Assembly: GCA_943704425.1 (NCBI GenBank)
Contig: CALSCP010000307.1
Span: forward strand, 1 to 64,000
Origin: Ministeria vibrans ATCC 50519
Lineage: Eukaryota > Protista > Filasterea
DNA: 64,000 bases
Direction: 5' to 3'
Below are positions 25,054-39,066 of this stretch, one piece after another. Each line of letters begins with the position of its first letter. Position 1 is the stretch's first letter. The notes beneath the pieces were generated by a model, which searched no databases, was not told the DNA's origin, and saw only the letters and a program-made list of their open reading frames with translations. Position numbers and translations under genes: made by a program.

Positions 25054-25921
25054 ATGGGAGGCAGCGAGAAGAAGAAGAAGAAGGACAAGGAGCCGAAGAC
25101 GCCCGAATCGACTCCCATGAAGGTGGACAAGGCCGACGACGAGCCCGAGGTGCCCGAGCTTGACTACGAGGTCCTTGTGGGAAGAGTAAGGCGGCCCGTT
25201 TGAGCCTGGCGAATGCGACACGCTCCATTTTGAGAAATGTTGGCAAATGGGTTTTTTTTGCTCGTGTCCCTCTCCCTCTCGCCTTCCGCGCGCGAAATCA
25301 GCGCTGCTTGAGCCGTCCACGCACGGCGAGGTAGCCACCGGGGGCGTACTGTTGCCGACTTGCTCTGCGCGTCGCTTGCGTCTCCTTAGCAGCGAATCTT
25401 TTTCGCTCATCTTTCTTTTTGTCGTAGGTAAATGCCATTGCGACCCCTCTGGCCAGCAAGAAGCTGACGAAGAAGACTCTGAAGTCGGTGAAGAAGGGTA
25501 AGCATGGCCGATGACAGCGTGTCTTCGTACTCTTGTCTTGGCTCTTACTTTTTTCTCTCGTTCAGCTGCCAAAGCAAAGAGTCTGCGCCGAGGCGTCAAG
25601 GAAGTCGTCAAGGCACTGCGGAAGGGCGAGAAAGGGTACGTCGTGGATGTGCCAGGTGAGTGACGCGCCTTGTCTGACCTTGTGTTCGCCCTCTGCAGGT
25701 TTGTTGTGATTGCAGGCGACATCAGTCCGATCGACGTCATTTCCCATCTGCCTGTGCTCTGCGAAGACTCAAACACCCCCTATGCGTATGTTCCGGCAAA
25801 GCAGTACCTGGGTGCGGCGGGCGGCACCAAGCGGCCCACGTCGTGTGTCATGGTCAAGAAGAGCAAGGAGGTCGACAACTACAGCGAAGTCCGCGACGAA
25901 ATCAAGGCTCTCACCACCTAA
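25054..25921 (+). CDS. NHP2: H/ACA snoRNP subunit 2 (L7Ae family), four exons
   Basis: PLASKKLTKK, LRRGVKEVVKALRKGEKG, IAGDISPIDVISHLPVLCED and LGAAGGTKRPTSCVM. Confidence 0.95.
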
Positions 25922-26295
25922 TGTACTATAAAGAAATCAAACGGAGACTTTTGTTGAAAAACAGAAAGTCAATAGCCATAAGCCACAGCTGTATCGCACT
26001 TGTATGTTGTTATTTCTTTGAGATGACGAGATCTGATAAGTGATTTCGGTTCTGCCGACGATTCCTCATCTGAATCCAAAACAAGGAGTCCTAAGAACGG
26101 TGTTTTTTGTTTCTCTCACTGGTGAGTGGTGTAAGGTTAAAGATACGACGTCCTACAGTCCTACTCGCTCAGTCACTCACTGGCGTATGTTTTACGAGTT
26201 GAGAGGGTTTGACTTTAACTGATTAGTGTTAAAACTTAAAATTAATATTATAATATTAAATAAATATTCCGTCTGATTAAATATTTTTTTTCGAT

Positions 26296-29200
26296 ATGGA
26301 TTTTATCAAAGCCAAGGCGGCGCTGGCGCCGCACCTGCCACTCCTGCTGAGCTCAACGTCCAACGACGAGTCGCCCACGCCGGGCTACATGTTGCCCGAC
26401 ATTGCCAGTACGTCTCTCCCGCCCTCTGCGGGCCCCGCCGGCCTTCCTTCTCGCCCCGCAGCCACCACACCTCCCTCGTCATGCCCATCCTTCCTTGACA
26501 CTCCGCGTCTCGCCTGATTTTGTCTGGAAGAGAGCGCAAAACTTTTTTTTTTAATCTCTCATGACTCTCTACAGAACTGACCAATGTGTCCGTCGTGCTG
26601 TGCAACGAAGTTGAAAACTTCTACATCAAGCGAGTAGACAAGGTGAGTCGGCCTTCCGCCTGCGTTCTCTTCACGCGAAACCACCAAAAAAAAAAGAAAA
26701 GAAAAAAAAAACGCAACAAACCTTTTTTTTTCTTTATCGTTTGGCCATTCTTTGTCGATGTTTTCCTCCGCCACTGGCTCCTATCCGTGATCATGGTCAA
26801 GGATCAATATGCCGTGTCCAGGGAAAGCGTGCCAGATTGTGCGATTGATCCGCTTTGTCCTTGTTGATAGAATTCATGCAATGTCAAGCTCAAGGCATTG
26901 CGCATTCTCAAGTACCTTGCCGAGCACGGACACTCCTCCGTGAAGAGAGATCTCACCATGCACACCGACGCCATCAGTCAGGCCATGAGTACGGACTACA
27001 AGTCTCACACACCACCTATTCATTCGGTTGTGACCCCTCCCTCTTATAGAGTTTCGTGGTCCTGGTCATCCTGTTCATGGCGACGGTCCCAACCAGATGG
27101 TGCGCACAGCTGCGTCAGAATTGATGGAGCTCATCAACGACGCCATTTCAGCGGGCCCGCAGCAGCTGAAGTACACGGGCGGCAGCTCGTACGGCCAACA
27201 GCAACAGCAGCAACAGCAGCAGCAGTATCAACATCAACAGGGCGGTGGCTCGCAAGGTCAGGGCCAGCGCAGTATGAGTAGCGCTGGCCCACCGCCCCTT
27301 GGCACCGGTCGATACATGGAAGGCATTGGGAGCTCGCCTGTGCAACAACGTAAGTGATATTATTGCAATTGATTGAACATGCATCTGATGAGAGTCTCAA
27401 TAGAGCCTGCGTCGCTGATGGATCGTTTCAAATCGGTGATTAACACGGACGGGCGACGACAGTCCTCGCCAGGAGGAGAAATGCATCACCAACACAACGG
27501 AGCGTATCAAGGGGGGCCATGGCGACCCGCAAGCACAGCCAGTCCCACTTCTGCTGGGGGGGGTGGTGCAAGCTACCAGCCCAGCGCATTCCCTGCCCCG
27601 TCATCTTACGCCGTCAAGAGTGAGCCGGTGCCCCTTGACGAAGGGTAATGTTCTGTTTTATATTTTGTTTCCATTCATCGTTCTTCCTCCTCTCATCGCT
27701 CCATTTCTGAAACCTGTTCTCTTTTACTTTTTCACTCATTTTCACTTTCTCGTTTTTTTAATCACCCTTTTTGTCTGTTTTCTTTTTCTCCCTTTTTTTC
27801 CTCAGTCACCATCACGAAGAGCGTCTTGTCAATGAAATCACTGCTCCAGGTGGTGTTAAGGCTGCGCCTCCTCGCGACCAGCTCAACACATTTGTCAAGC
27901 GCTGCGCCAGCCTCGACTGCAACCACATTGCCCAGCTGCTCATTGACAAACTCAACATGGTACAAGCATATTACTGCTACACGTGCATGCCGACTGGGAC
28001 TTTGTTCCGCTCACCTTGTGTTCTTTTGCTCTTTTTTTTGGGTAGGAGGACGGCGGCACGTCCAACTCAGTCAAGACACGCTCACTGTTTGTGGTGGAGG
28101 CACTGCTGCGGTCAGACATTGTAGGCATTGAGACATGTCTTTCCAGTATGCGCAACACACTGGAGCGCCTGAGTAGTCTGGGTGCGAGCTCCGGTGCGTC
28201 TCAAGCTGTGTGCGACAAGGCTCTCAAGGTCCAGCTTGCACTCGACCGTGCCATTGAATCATCCGCTCCCTCAGCCTCTCCCGCTGTTCCCGTTGCTTCC
28301 ACTTCTGCTCCCACACCTACGGTCGCTCCCACTTCGGCAGGAAACATCTTAGACCTCGATTTTGATGTGTCTTCTGTGGCTCCCGCTGACACCGCTTCGG
28401 CCCAGTCGCTTCTTGAAGGCATGAACCTTAGCACGTCCACTCCCACCGCCACCACCAATGCTGCGTCCGCTCCTCCTTCAGGCTACGACATCGACCGCAG
28501 CCTCTTTGATTTGGACGACTCCACTCCCGCCACTACTGCTGCTCCCTCAACCGGCAGCATGTTCTCCAACATGAACGTTTCACAACAGAGTCCATCTGCC
28601 GCGCCCACCTCTTCAATGTTCTCAAACATGACAGTAACTCCCACCACCACCACCACCACCACCACCCTTCCTACCACTGCTCCTCCTGCAACCACCTCCA
28701 ACATGTTCTCCAACATGACGGTTGCACCCGCAAGCGGTGCTGCCGCCCCCTCCTCCAACGGTGGTGGCATGTTCTCCAACATGAATGTGAGTGCCTCGCC
28801 TTCCCCAGCAGCTTCCGCACCGTCGGCCGTCGCCTCTGCCAATTTTGATCTCCTTGCCGGTCTTGACCAATCTAGCGTCTCCTCCTCCTCCAACACCTCT
28901 CTTCTCGACCTCATGTCTGTCTCACGCAGCTCCGTCGCGTCTTCCTCAAATTACTCTTCCCTCATGGGAGTCGCCACGCAGCATCAGCAGCAGCAGAGTC
29001 CCATGATGATGCCACCGCAGCAGCAACAGCAACAGCAACAACACCCAACACAGCAGCGAGTAAGTTAAATTTCACATCTCATCATTTTATCACACAATAT
29101 TTTTCTCTGTAACTTGTGTTTCTCCCTATGACTTTGTTTCACTCTATCGCTTTCTCCTCTCCCTCTCAAACTCACACCTCATCATATTATCGCACATTAT

Positions 29201-29512
29201 TTTTCTCTGTAACTTGTGTGTCTCCCGATGACTTTGTTTCTCTCTTCCCCACTCTATCGGTTTCTCCTCTCCCTCTTAAACTCACATCTCATCATATTAT
29301 CACACTTACTCTCTCTAACTTTTTGCTAGCCCAAGTACACAGGCGGTATGGGCATGACTACACTCACTCCCACCAGCTCTGCTCGCCCGGCGGCATCCCC
29401 CGACACAAAGAGCACCTCTAGCAGCAACAGCAGTGGTTTTGGTTTCCTTTCCAGCGGCAAGGCCGACTCGTTTTCCTTTGTCGCAGACCAAATGCAGGCC
29501 AGCAAAAAGTAG
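26296..29512 (+). CDS. TEPSIN: AP-4 complex accessory subunit tepsin (ENTH and tVHS domains), multi-exon
   Basis: TSNDESPTPGY, VKLKALRILKYL and FRGPGHPVHGDGPNQMVRTAA. tVHS motif EERLVNEITAPGGVK. C-terminal DSFSFV motif. Confidence 0.85.
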
Positions 29513-29624
29513 AGAAAAGAGAGAGAGAGAAGGGAAGAAAGAGAGAACGAGAGAAAGAAAGAAAAAAAGAATGAAAGAGAGAGATAGGCTTCAAACTTTT
29601 CAAGTTTTAGTTTGCTACATCATA

Positions 29625-30097
29625 CTACACGTTTTTCAACTCACTTTCCATTTCCATACGAGCGTGCATGAGACCCATCACGTCAGTGCCGGGCAGTCGT
29701 TCGGCAACGCGCAGCGCGCTCTCTGCCTCCACACGTCGTCCCAGCCGCATGAGCACACGCCACTGTGCCAACCAAGCGACGCCACACTCGCCATTGTGCT
29801 GGTGTACATCCGCCAATGACTGCAGTGCTCCTTCCAGGTCACCCGCTCTCTCCTGTACCCGTGCCAGCACAATGCGCATCCCCATATCCCACTTCCAGTG
29901 CTTCACACCGCGTGCAAGCACCTCCAGCGCATCCACTGAGCGCCCTTCGTCCATCAGCGTCTCCCCCAGCCCCGCCACTGCCACACCACTCTCTCCCGCG
30001 TGCCTCTCGCTCTCCCCTCGATACACCTCTTGACGAAACACACTCGACGTGCGCTCGTCCCGTGACCGCTCAGCCTTTCGCAGTCGCTGGGTACTCC

Positions 30098-30146
<49 letters not shown>

Positions 30147-30557
30147 GGTGTAAGTCGGTGTCGAGTAAGCACATATTGGGGTATACGGGTGACGGGCGCA
30201 GGCGAGAAGACGGACACAGACGATCCCATTTCGTCGTGAATGGTCATGTGGTGCCAACCTTCGGGAACTATGAGGTGATAGAATAAAAAAAAATAAAAAC
30301 AAAAACAATAAGCTGTTTTCGTACTGAAAATTACATCCCCTTTCTCTTGAGTGCACTCGAGCGGACGTGGAACATCTGCCGAGCGCAGAAAACGTTCGAG
30401 CCAGGAAAGATGACCGCGTTGCAGCAGACCAGGACATTCAAGAGGTGGGGTGAGCAGTGTGGGTGGGTACATGAACCAGCGCTTTACGCCGGACATGGCA
30501 ATGTTCATGGCCAGATTGTGATCGTGAAAGGCAACTGCGTAGCATAGTGTAAAAGTG

Positions 30558-30603
<46 letters not shown>

Positions 30604-31111
30604 GTCAGTGAACTGCATACGTACCTCCAGAACGGGGTGCAGCAATCATTATGACGTGCTGCCAGTGGGCAGAGAGGGACTTGAGGGCGGCAGGCACAGT
30701 TAGTGTGTCGAGCAACTCTGATAGGGATATTTCGAGAAATTCGGGCGGTACATACAGCATGAGATCTTCGCCCTGTTCCATGCGATGCATAGCATGACCC
30801 AGACGCACTTCCTCGCGTTCAAGGGCGCCGGTGGAAGAGCCCACTTGCACAAACAGTCGACCATACGTTTGCTTGATCGCAGCCAACGACCATCGGTGCG
30901 CTGCGGACGCCGACACCCACGACGACTCGCGTATTCTAAAGGGCTCCCCTTGCGCCACCAGCGAAGCAAGAACCGCGTCGCCTACATCGCCGTACACCGT
31001 CTCAAAGTCGCATGGTCGAAACGCGCGCTGTCTCGTCCATGTCATGAGCAAGAGCGCAAGCAGCGCAGTTCCTCCTAAGCACGCCCGGCGGCTACACTGG
31101 ATTCGACGCAT
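29625..31111 (-). CDS. JmjC (cupin-like 8, JMJD8-like) protein with N-terminal signal/anchor and C-terminal TPR repeats, multi-exon
   Basis: Hydrophobic LLALLLMTW. PFHDHNLA...GVKRWFMYPP and ECTQEKGDVIF|VPEGWHH. TPR-like GLGETLMDEGRSVDALEVL and LARVQERAGDLEGAL. Confidence 0.75.
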
Positions 31112-31436
31112 TGTGTCATGTGTAGCAAACGGGAGTTGCGAAGGAATTGAAATGATATTTATTTAATGATTAATGAAAAGTTATTGAAAACAAAAATTAA
31201 TCACGAAAATGGCAACACAAATTGTGTGTGTGTGAAACAACTGCGATCCTAATCACTTTCAACGAATAGTATAATATTAATAATAGGAATATAAATAGAG
31301 AATCAAGAGCTGTACTCAATGTATATAGAAAACAAGGAGCAGCACAATACATATTATTATTGAAGATCTTGAATAACTTGATACATTATTATATTTTTAT
31401 TTGCCAAGGACGTACGTACAATTGACGTATCGTATG

Positions 31437-32841
<1,405 letters not shown>

Positions 32842-33025
32842 TGTGCGCTATGTGTCTCGCGTGTGAGCTGTAACGTGTCGATGTGGCTCAACCTGTCTAT
32901 TCTGCGATGTGGGCGCCAGTGAATAATTAATCTAAATTCTAAAATTTTATAATAGTTAGTTACGTTACTTCGCGTCACCTTTGCGTCAGGCACCAGGAGC
33001 AACAGATTCCATAGAGTCGACAGTT

Positions 33026-33491
33026 ATGACGTCTGCTAACCGTGCCTACCTCGAGGACAACGTTTTCCCCTCCCTTTTGCCAGCAATTGCGGAACTTCTC
33101 GCTCACGTCAAGTCGCTTCACGACGGCACCACGTTCCTCCCCAGCCCTCACCCGGTCTCTACAGAGCATCACCCACTCACTGTCGATGAATCCTTCAAGG
33201 AGAGTGCGGGGGATGCGCGCACGCCGGTGAGAAGCACGCGCAGAGTGTTGGTCGCCCTTGACAACGTCTTTTTTCACTCTATTAACGGACACCAATGCTC
33301 AGTTGAATACTAATACGGACACTAGTGCTGCTCCGTCCAATCATCATAAGAGGGGCAGAAACATCGAGTCAGATGCGGTGGCTGAGGATCAGGACGAAGT
33401 CATTGTCGTTCCCGCTGAATTTGACCCTGTCAATTACCTCGCTTTCTTGCTCATGCGCCAAAAACCCCCCAATGCTTCTCTCTCTTTGTGA
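33026..33491 (+). CDS. Small Dpy-30/RIIa-like dimerisation-domain protein (IQCK N-terminus-like), spliced
   Basis: AYLEDNVFPSLLPAIAELL...FDPVNYLAFLLMRQKP fits the YLE..VFP.LL...F.P..YLA..L...NP pattern. Confidence 0.5.
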
Positions 33492-33532
33492 CGTTTGTGT
33501 AATCATGCTGTACAGTTCGTATCGTTCATTTG

Positions 33533-34289
33533 TTATTTATAAAACGGATTGATGGAGTGCCGACCGTAGTAATGAAAGTTGATGTCCGCAAAGCGAAAGA
33601 GAGCGGGAAGCACCGCCTGCGTGTAGTCCTTGAAAGGGTAGTCATGTATGTTGGCAGACCACATGACAATCTCGTGGTAGGCGTCAGCAGGACGAGCCGC
33701 GTCGTCGACGAGCAGATGGTTCCCAAGCGACAGTGAGTGGCGTTGACGTACATGGATTCGCACTGCATGCGCAGCCTGGTACGACACCAACTGCGGCGCT
33801 TCGTATACGCCGGGCGACTCCCTCGAGACCAAACTAATCTGTAAACATTAAAGTAAGACATGATCGTGTTTGTTTCTTTTCGCAAAATGTTGTTGTTGCG
33901 CTACCGATTCCGTGAAAGGGTTGCGGTTTAGGTATGGTCCGATGCCAACGAGGAACTGCGAGCGAACAAGCTTCGCCGAGACAATTTCGTCCACGGAGAG
34001 TGTTTGGGTGACGCAAAGGCGGTCGCGCACACTCAAGAAGCGCTGAAAGTGCGCCTGAATATGACCGTTGGCGGGCGTCGCGCTCTGCGGCGAATCAGTC
34101 TTGTGGGTGGGCCACTCGTTGCCACACAATGCTTCCAAAACCCCCGGAAGCATTTCGACGGCACGCGCCTCTATATTTCTGATGCGTTCCTGATCCTGCA
34201 ATGAAAATGTAAGCGATAACAACCGCAACGCCAGGCAAACTGGACAGTCAATGCTGTGTCTTCTCTCAGTCTCCTCATCTCGCCTGAGA

Positions 34290-34337
<48 letters not shown>

Positions 34338-34954
34338 GTCACTCTCAGTCTATATCTTGGTCTCTCTCAGTTCTCTCGTCCATCTCAGCTTCTTCATAAC
34401 CGTTCTCTCTCTCTTGTCCACCTCGGTCTCTCCCGTCTATCTATGATCTCTCTCAGTCTCCCTCGTCCGTCTCAATCTCTCTCTGCCCGTACCCTTTTGT
34501 GTGCTTGGGTCCAGCGCATCAGTGACGCGTACCGCTCCATGATGCGCTGCTTCAACGGTGGCTTGTGCACGTAGGAGAAGATGTCGTCGAGCTGAGCGGG
34601 GTTCCACACGGGCAGTCTGGTGCGAACCTCGTCCACAAGGTGGGCGTCGGCGTTGGCAAGCGCCTCCTGCGCCAGCCCCTCTGTCAGCTCGTCAAACTCA
34701 GCAAAGTGCTCCATGGTCGCTTTCGTTCGCTCATCCAAGTCAAACGCCTGTTGCAAAGAGAAAGCTGACCCGCTTGTTCTCACCAGAATGGACAGTGCCT
34801 TACCGATGATGCGGAGTGCATTCGAACGACAGAGGTTGTCAGCAGACGTTTCAAGTTCACACTCACATGTCTCCTCCACAGCATCATGGCACAGCGAAGC
34901 GACGTCAACGGTTGTCCCTGCAAAGCCAAGATCCTCCCTAGAATCAGTCTTCAA
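33533..34954 (-). CDS. Hypothetical protein, multi-exon, start uncertain
   Basis: Coding-like exons (MEHFAEFDELTEG..., DQERIRNIEARAV..., ...FRFADINFHYYGRHSINPFYK*) separated by GT-AG introns. No family recognised. Confidence 0.55.
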
Positions 34955-35086
34955 TAGACACTAGGCCCAATAAACGATGAGAAAATGGTGCGTGTAAGAC
35001 AAATTGATCAGTGACATATTTGAAAACGTCGTTTCACTCTTTTTTTTTTTCCTTCATATTTTTGACAAGTCTCAAAGAAAGAAGAA

Positions 35087-37288
35087 ATGTCAACGCGGAA
35101 ACGACGTCGTTTGGGCTCGCGGGCAACACGTGCGTACTCGGCAACGTGTGGGGGCGAGGCGGAGGCGCAGGAGGAGCTGGCAGACGCCGAATGGATGCCC
35201 GATCGCGGTTCGCTGCAGTTTCGTCTGCGCGAAAAGGGTCAGCTCTGCGACGTGACCGTTGTGGTCGAGGGACAGAATTTCTTGTGCCATCGCATCGTGT
35301 TGGCCGGCGCAAGCGAATACTTCCAAAAGTCGTTCACAGGCGACTTTGAAGATTCTCAGAAAACGTCGCTTGAACTCAACGACTTGACTGCCGCCACGTT
35401 CCACAGCCTCCTGCGCTTCATGTACACCGGTGCGTGCGACGTCAACTCCGAGACGGTTGCTGAAGTGCTTGCCGCCGCGGACCGGTACGTTGTGCTGCCG
35501 CTGCGCGACCTGTGCGGACAGTACCTGGCGCGCCACCTCTGCATCGCCAACTGCAACACCGTCTGGTCCATTGCCGAGTCCACCGGCATGACCTCGCTCG
35601 TCAAAATGTGCCAGGAGAAGGCCTTGGAACTGTTTGGTGACCTCATCGTGCACGAGTCCTTCTTCTACATGGACGCAGAGCGTCTCGACTCGCTGTTGCG
35701 CAGTGACCAGCTCGATGCAGACGAAGAGTGCGTCTTCCTCGCCCTTGTCGCCTGGGCACGCTTCCATGACACCACCGCCTCGGGAGAACCCATTCCGTCG
35801 GCTGCCGCCTTGGCCGTCAGTGCCGTCTCCAACGTCAACGCACTTCACCAGGCTGCTGGTCCCGACCTCAATGTCGAACGCCTCCTTGAAGCGCCCATTT
35901 TCGACCGACCCGCCTTTATGACGCCCACCAAGCCGGCTCTCCTCACTCGCTCCTCGGCTCTCAACACTCACACCTCTTTTAGCCCAAGTACAGCTTCAAC
36001 CTCAACGGCAGCATTGCTAGCTTCTGCAGCCGAGCCAGCATCAGTCGAGGCGGACGACGATGTTCCCGTTGCCGGCAGTAACGCATGCAAAAACAACACC
36101 CAGCAGGACCAGTTACAACAACAACAACAGCAACAACAACAACAGCAGCAACAGCAGCAGCAGCAGCAGTACCAATTCAATGACTCTAACTGTCCGGTGC
36201 TACCGGGTGCGCGCCTCAACGATCTCGATCAATTGTTGCCCCTGTTGCGCTTCCCACTGATGCGCTCAAAGTTTCTCACGCTCGTCGAGCGCTCGTCCAC
36301 CTTCATGGACTGTCCCATTGCCAAGGACCTTCTGCTTGAGGCCTACCGCTACCACGACTGCGGGCGGTGGAACCACGACCTGGCCTCGCCGCGCACCATC
36401 CGTCGCATGTATCAGTACCAGTGGGTCTATGTGTTGGGCGGCGAAGACGACACCGACAGCAACTTTGCGACGGTGGAGCGTTTGAATCCACTCATTGGTA
36501 CGTGGGAGCGTGTGGCGTCGCTAAAGACGGCACGGCATGGGTGTCGTGCTGCGGCCATTGGGCGCGATGTGTATGCGTTTGGGGGCCACAACGGCAAGGA
36601 ATACCTCAGCTCGGTGGAGAAACTATCGCTGGGCGGCAGTGGCGCAGCGGAGTGGGCTGAGGTACGGCCAATGCTGGTGCGGCGGCACTCGTGTGCATCC
36701 GCCGTGCTCGATGGTCTGCTGTATGTCGTTGGTGGGGAGACAAATGATGGGCGCTTTGTGACGACAGGCGAGGTGTACTCGCCGCAGGAGAACACCTGGA
36801 CGGCCATTGCCGACCTGGGCAAGGAGCGATGTAACTGCGCCGCAGCGGCACTCGATGGCTTTGTCTATGTCATTGGCGGTGAGGACAACACTGACTCGGC
36901 CTTGGACGTGGTACAGCGGTACAATCCGCGCACGAGCCGCTGGGAAGATATGCGGTCGATGCTGGTGCGTCGTGCCTACTCGGCGGCCGCCGTCGTCGAT
37001 GGCTTCCTGTATGCCATTGGCGGCGTCACCGGCAACGGCGACTCGGTGGCCACCGTTGAGCGCTACGACCCGCGTCTCAATACCTGGACCATGGTGGCAC
37101 CGACCAATGTGTGTCGCAGTGGCTCTGCCGTCTGCGTGACCAACGGGGAAATTTACCTTTTTGGTGGTTACGACGGCAAGGCCTGTCTCAACTCTGTCGA
37201 GCGCTACAACGTCGCCCAGGACTCCTGGGAGCTCATTGCTTCCATGATGCAGATTCGAAATTTGTGTGGCGCGTGTGCGTGCCGTTAG
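35087..37288 (+). CDS. BTB-BACK-Kelch (KLHL-like) protein, intronless
   Basis: BTB motif LCDVTVVVEGQNFLCHRIVLAGASEYF. BACK domain with a poly-Q insertion. Six Kelch repeats (YVLGGE, YAFGGH, YVVGGE, YVIGGE, YAIGGV, YLFGGY). Confidence 0.95.
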   Translation: MSTRKRRRLGSRATRAYSATCGGEAEAQEELADAEWMPDRGSLQFRLREKGQLCDVTVVVEGQNFLCHRIVLAGASEYFQKSFTGDFEDSQKTSLELNDLTAATFHSLLRFMYTGACDVNSETVAEVLAAADRYVVLPLRDLCGQYLARHLCIANCNTVWSIAESTGMTSLVKMCQEKALELFGDLIVHESFFYMDAERLDSLLRSDQLDADEECVFLALVAWARFHDTTASGEPIPSAAALAVSAVSNVNALHQAAGPDLNVERLLEAPIFDRPAFMTPTKPALLTRSSALNTHTSFSPSTASTSTAALLASAAEPASVEADDDVPVAGSNACKNNTQQDQLQQQQQQQQQQQQQQQQQQYQFNDSNCPVLPGARLNDLDQLLPLLRFPLMRSKFLTLVERSSTFMDCPIAKDLLLEAYRYHDCGRWNHDLASPRTIRRMYQYQWVYVLGGEDDTDSNFATVERLNPLIGTWERVASLKTARHGCRAAAIGRDVYAFGGHNGKEYLSSVEKLSLGGSGAAEWAEVRPMLVRRHSCASAVLDGLLYVVGGETNDGRFVTTGEVYSPQENTWTAIADLGKERCNCAAAALDGFVYVIGGEDNTDSALDVVQRYNPRTSRWEDMRSMLVRRAYSAAAVVDGFLYAIGGVTGNGDSVATVERYDPRLNTWTMVAPTNVCRSGSAVCVTNGEIYLFGGYDGKACLNSVERYNVAQDSWELIASMMQIRNLCGACACR

Positions 37289-37666
37289 CCGGGCGAAGTG
37301 ATAATGTGAGTGAGAAACATAAACACAAACAAGATCAATAAAAAAAATAGACAGGAAATTATAGATAATTATATAATCTTAGAAAGTGGTTCTGAGCTGT
37401 TTGTGTTGTCGCTTTTCGTTTGTGATTGAATTGTCTTCTTCTTCTATATTTTTTGAATCTTCGTACGCTTGCTGCGAAAGCGTATAGGTGGGTATATGGG
37501 TGCTACATCTTCTTCACTTCTTGGGACTACCGGCTAGCCTATGGCGGAAGCATTGTATAACTCTTCATTGTATTATATTGAACCGTTTACTTGATCTTGA
37601 TTTTCACGTTTTTTTTCTTCACTTTTTTGAGTTGAATAGTTTTTTATTTTCACTTGTAGACAGGAA

Positions 37667-39066
37667 ATGCTTCACAATCGGCCAAAGTATGGGAATGTCG
37701 CGATCGTTTGCGAGCGTGTACCTGTGACGCTGACACACACACCCAACCACACACACACACTCACCCTTCAGAAATGGCGCAACAGGCATTGATTGGGCGT
37801 CGGTCTCTCTGGCGCGGAAGCACCAGCGGCGAGTGTTCCACCTTGGTGGAGGGTTGCTGCCGAGACACGCAGTGTACATCCGAGAACTCTCGTTGGCCGA
37901 TGGTGTACGAAAAGCGATTCCATGCAAAAATATATTCGTTGACACTCTCTGTTCGCGCGCAGGCGTTGGGTTGCGCCATGTGGGACGGGGGAGTGGTGCT
38001 GACGCGCATTGTGTATGAGAACGCGCAGGTGTTTCGCGGGGCCCGTGTGCTTGAGCTGGGCAGTGGCTGCGGCCTTACCGGCCTGGTGTGTGCGCGCTTT
38101 GCCGAGTCCGTCGTGCTCACCGACTACATTGTCAAAGTGGTGGAGAACCTAGAGTACAATGTTGCACTCAACTCGCGCAACGACGACTCTGATTGCGACA
38201 GTGGCAGCGACAGCGACGACGATGCCGTCAGCTATCCGTCCAGCGTCGATTCAGTGCCCTTTCGGAAACACATTGCCTCGGTAATACGCGTCGGGCCACT
38301 CGACTGGGATCGTGTAGGCGAAGAGGGCGATGGCGATGCAACGACGACACGACAAGTCGCATGTACAGCAGTCGCCCAGTCAACGCGCACCAGCAGCCAG
38401 CCGTGGCAGCACTGTGCAACCTGCTTCCCGTCAGACCCCGACTGCGGTTGCTGCGTTCCCTGTGCCACCTCATGTCACAGGTACTCCCTCCTTGCTCCTC
38501 CTGACACACATACATTGTGTATCATGTTTTCTCACATACGTCTTCTGCACAGTGGCCACACACTTGGCGAAGTACAGCATAGTCGCTTTCGCTGCGACTG
38601 CTACGAGTCTGACGCGTGCCATCTCAGTGCCCCTCCCAACATCACCCTTGCCCCCCACTCTGCCTCTGTTATCCTTGGTGCCGAGCTCATCTACTCACTC
38701 CTGGCCATTGACTCTCTTGTGCGCACCATCTCTCGCTTTCTCAGCCCCGATGGCATTTTTTACCATCTTCTGTCCCAAGATCGAGACGTAAGGCCACATT
38801 TTAATCCGAGGATTACCAGGAGCAAAACAACCATACCGTGTGTTTGTCTATTTGGGGTTGTTTAGGGTGTGTCGGCGTTTGTGGAGCGTATGAAACAAGA
38901 GGGTTTCATCGTGGAGAGTGCGCTGGTTCCCGGACGATTCACTGAGCACTTGGAGACTCGCAAGTGGCGCCACCAGAGCGACGAGGTGTATCGCCTTTGG
39001 TCCTTTCGTACAAGTCCCGATGCGCCCTTTCCAAGCCCTGAACGTATCCTTTCGAATGAGGACTGA
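37667..39066 (+). CDS. Seven-beta-strand lysine methyltransferase (Methyltransf_16, METTL21/22-like) with an inserted UBR-box zinc finger, multi-exon. Start uncertain.
   Basis: GCAMWDGGVVL, VLELGSGCGLTGL, VVLTDY, LDW and ILGAELIY. A Cys/His-rich insert lies between LDW and ILGAELIY. Confidence 0.8.

Noticed and set aside
29070-29310. ~115-bp imperfect tandem duplication in the last tepsin intron
   Set aside because: Ordinary local intronic duplication with no spacer structure. Not CRISPR-like.
36100-36170. Poly-Q tract in the Kelch protein
   Set aside because: A common CAA/CAG expansion in a loop, with no intein or domain signature.
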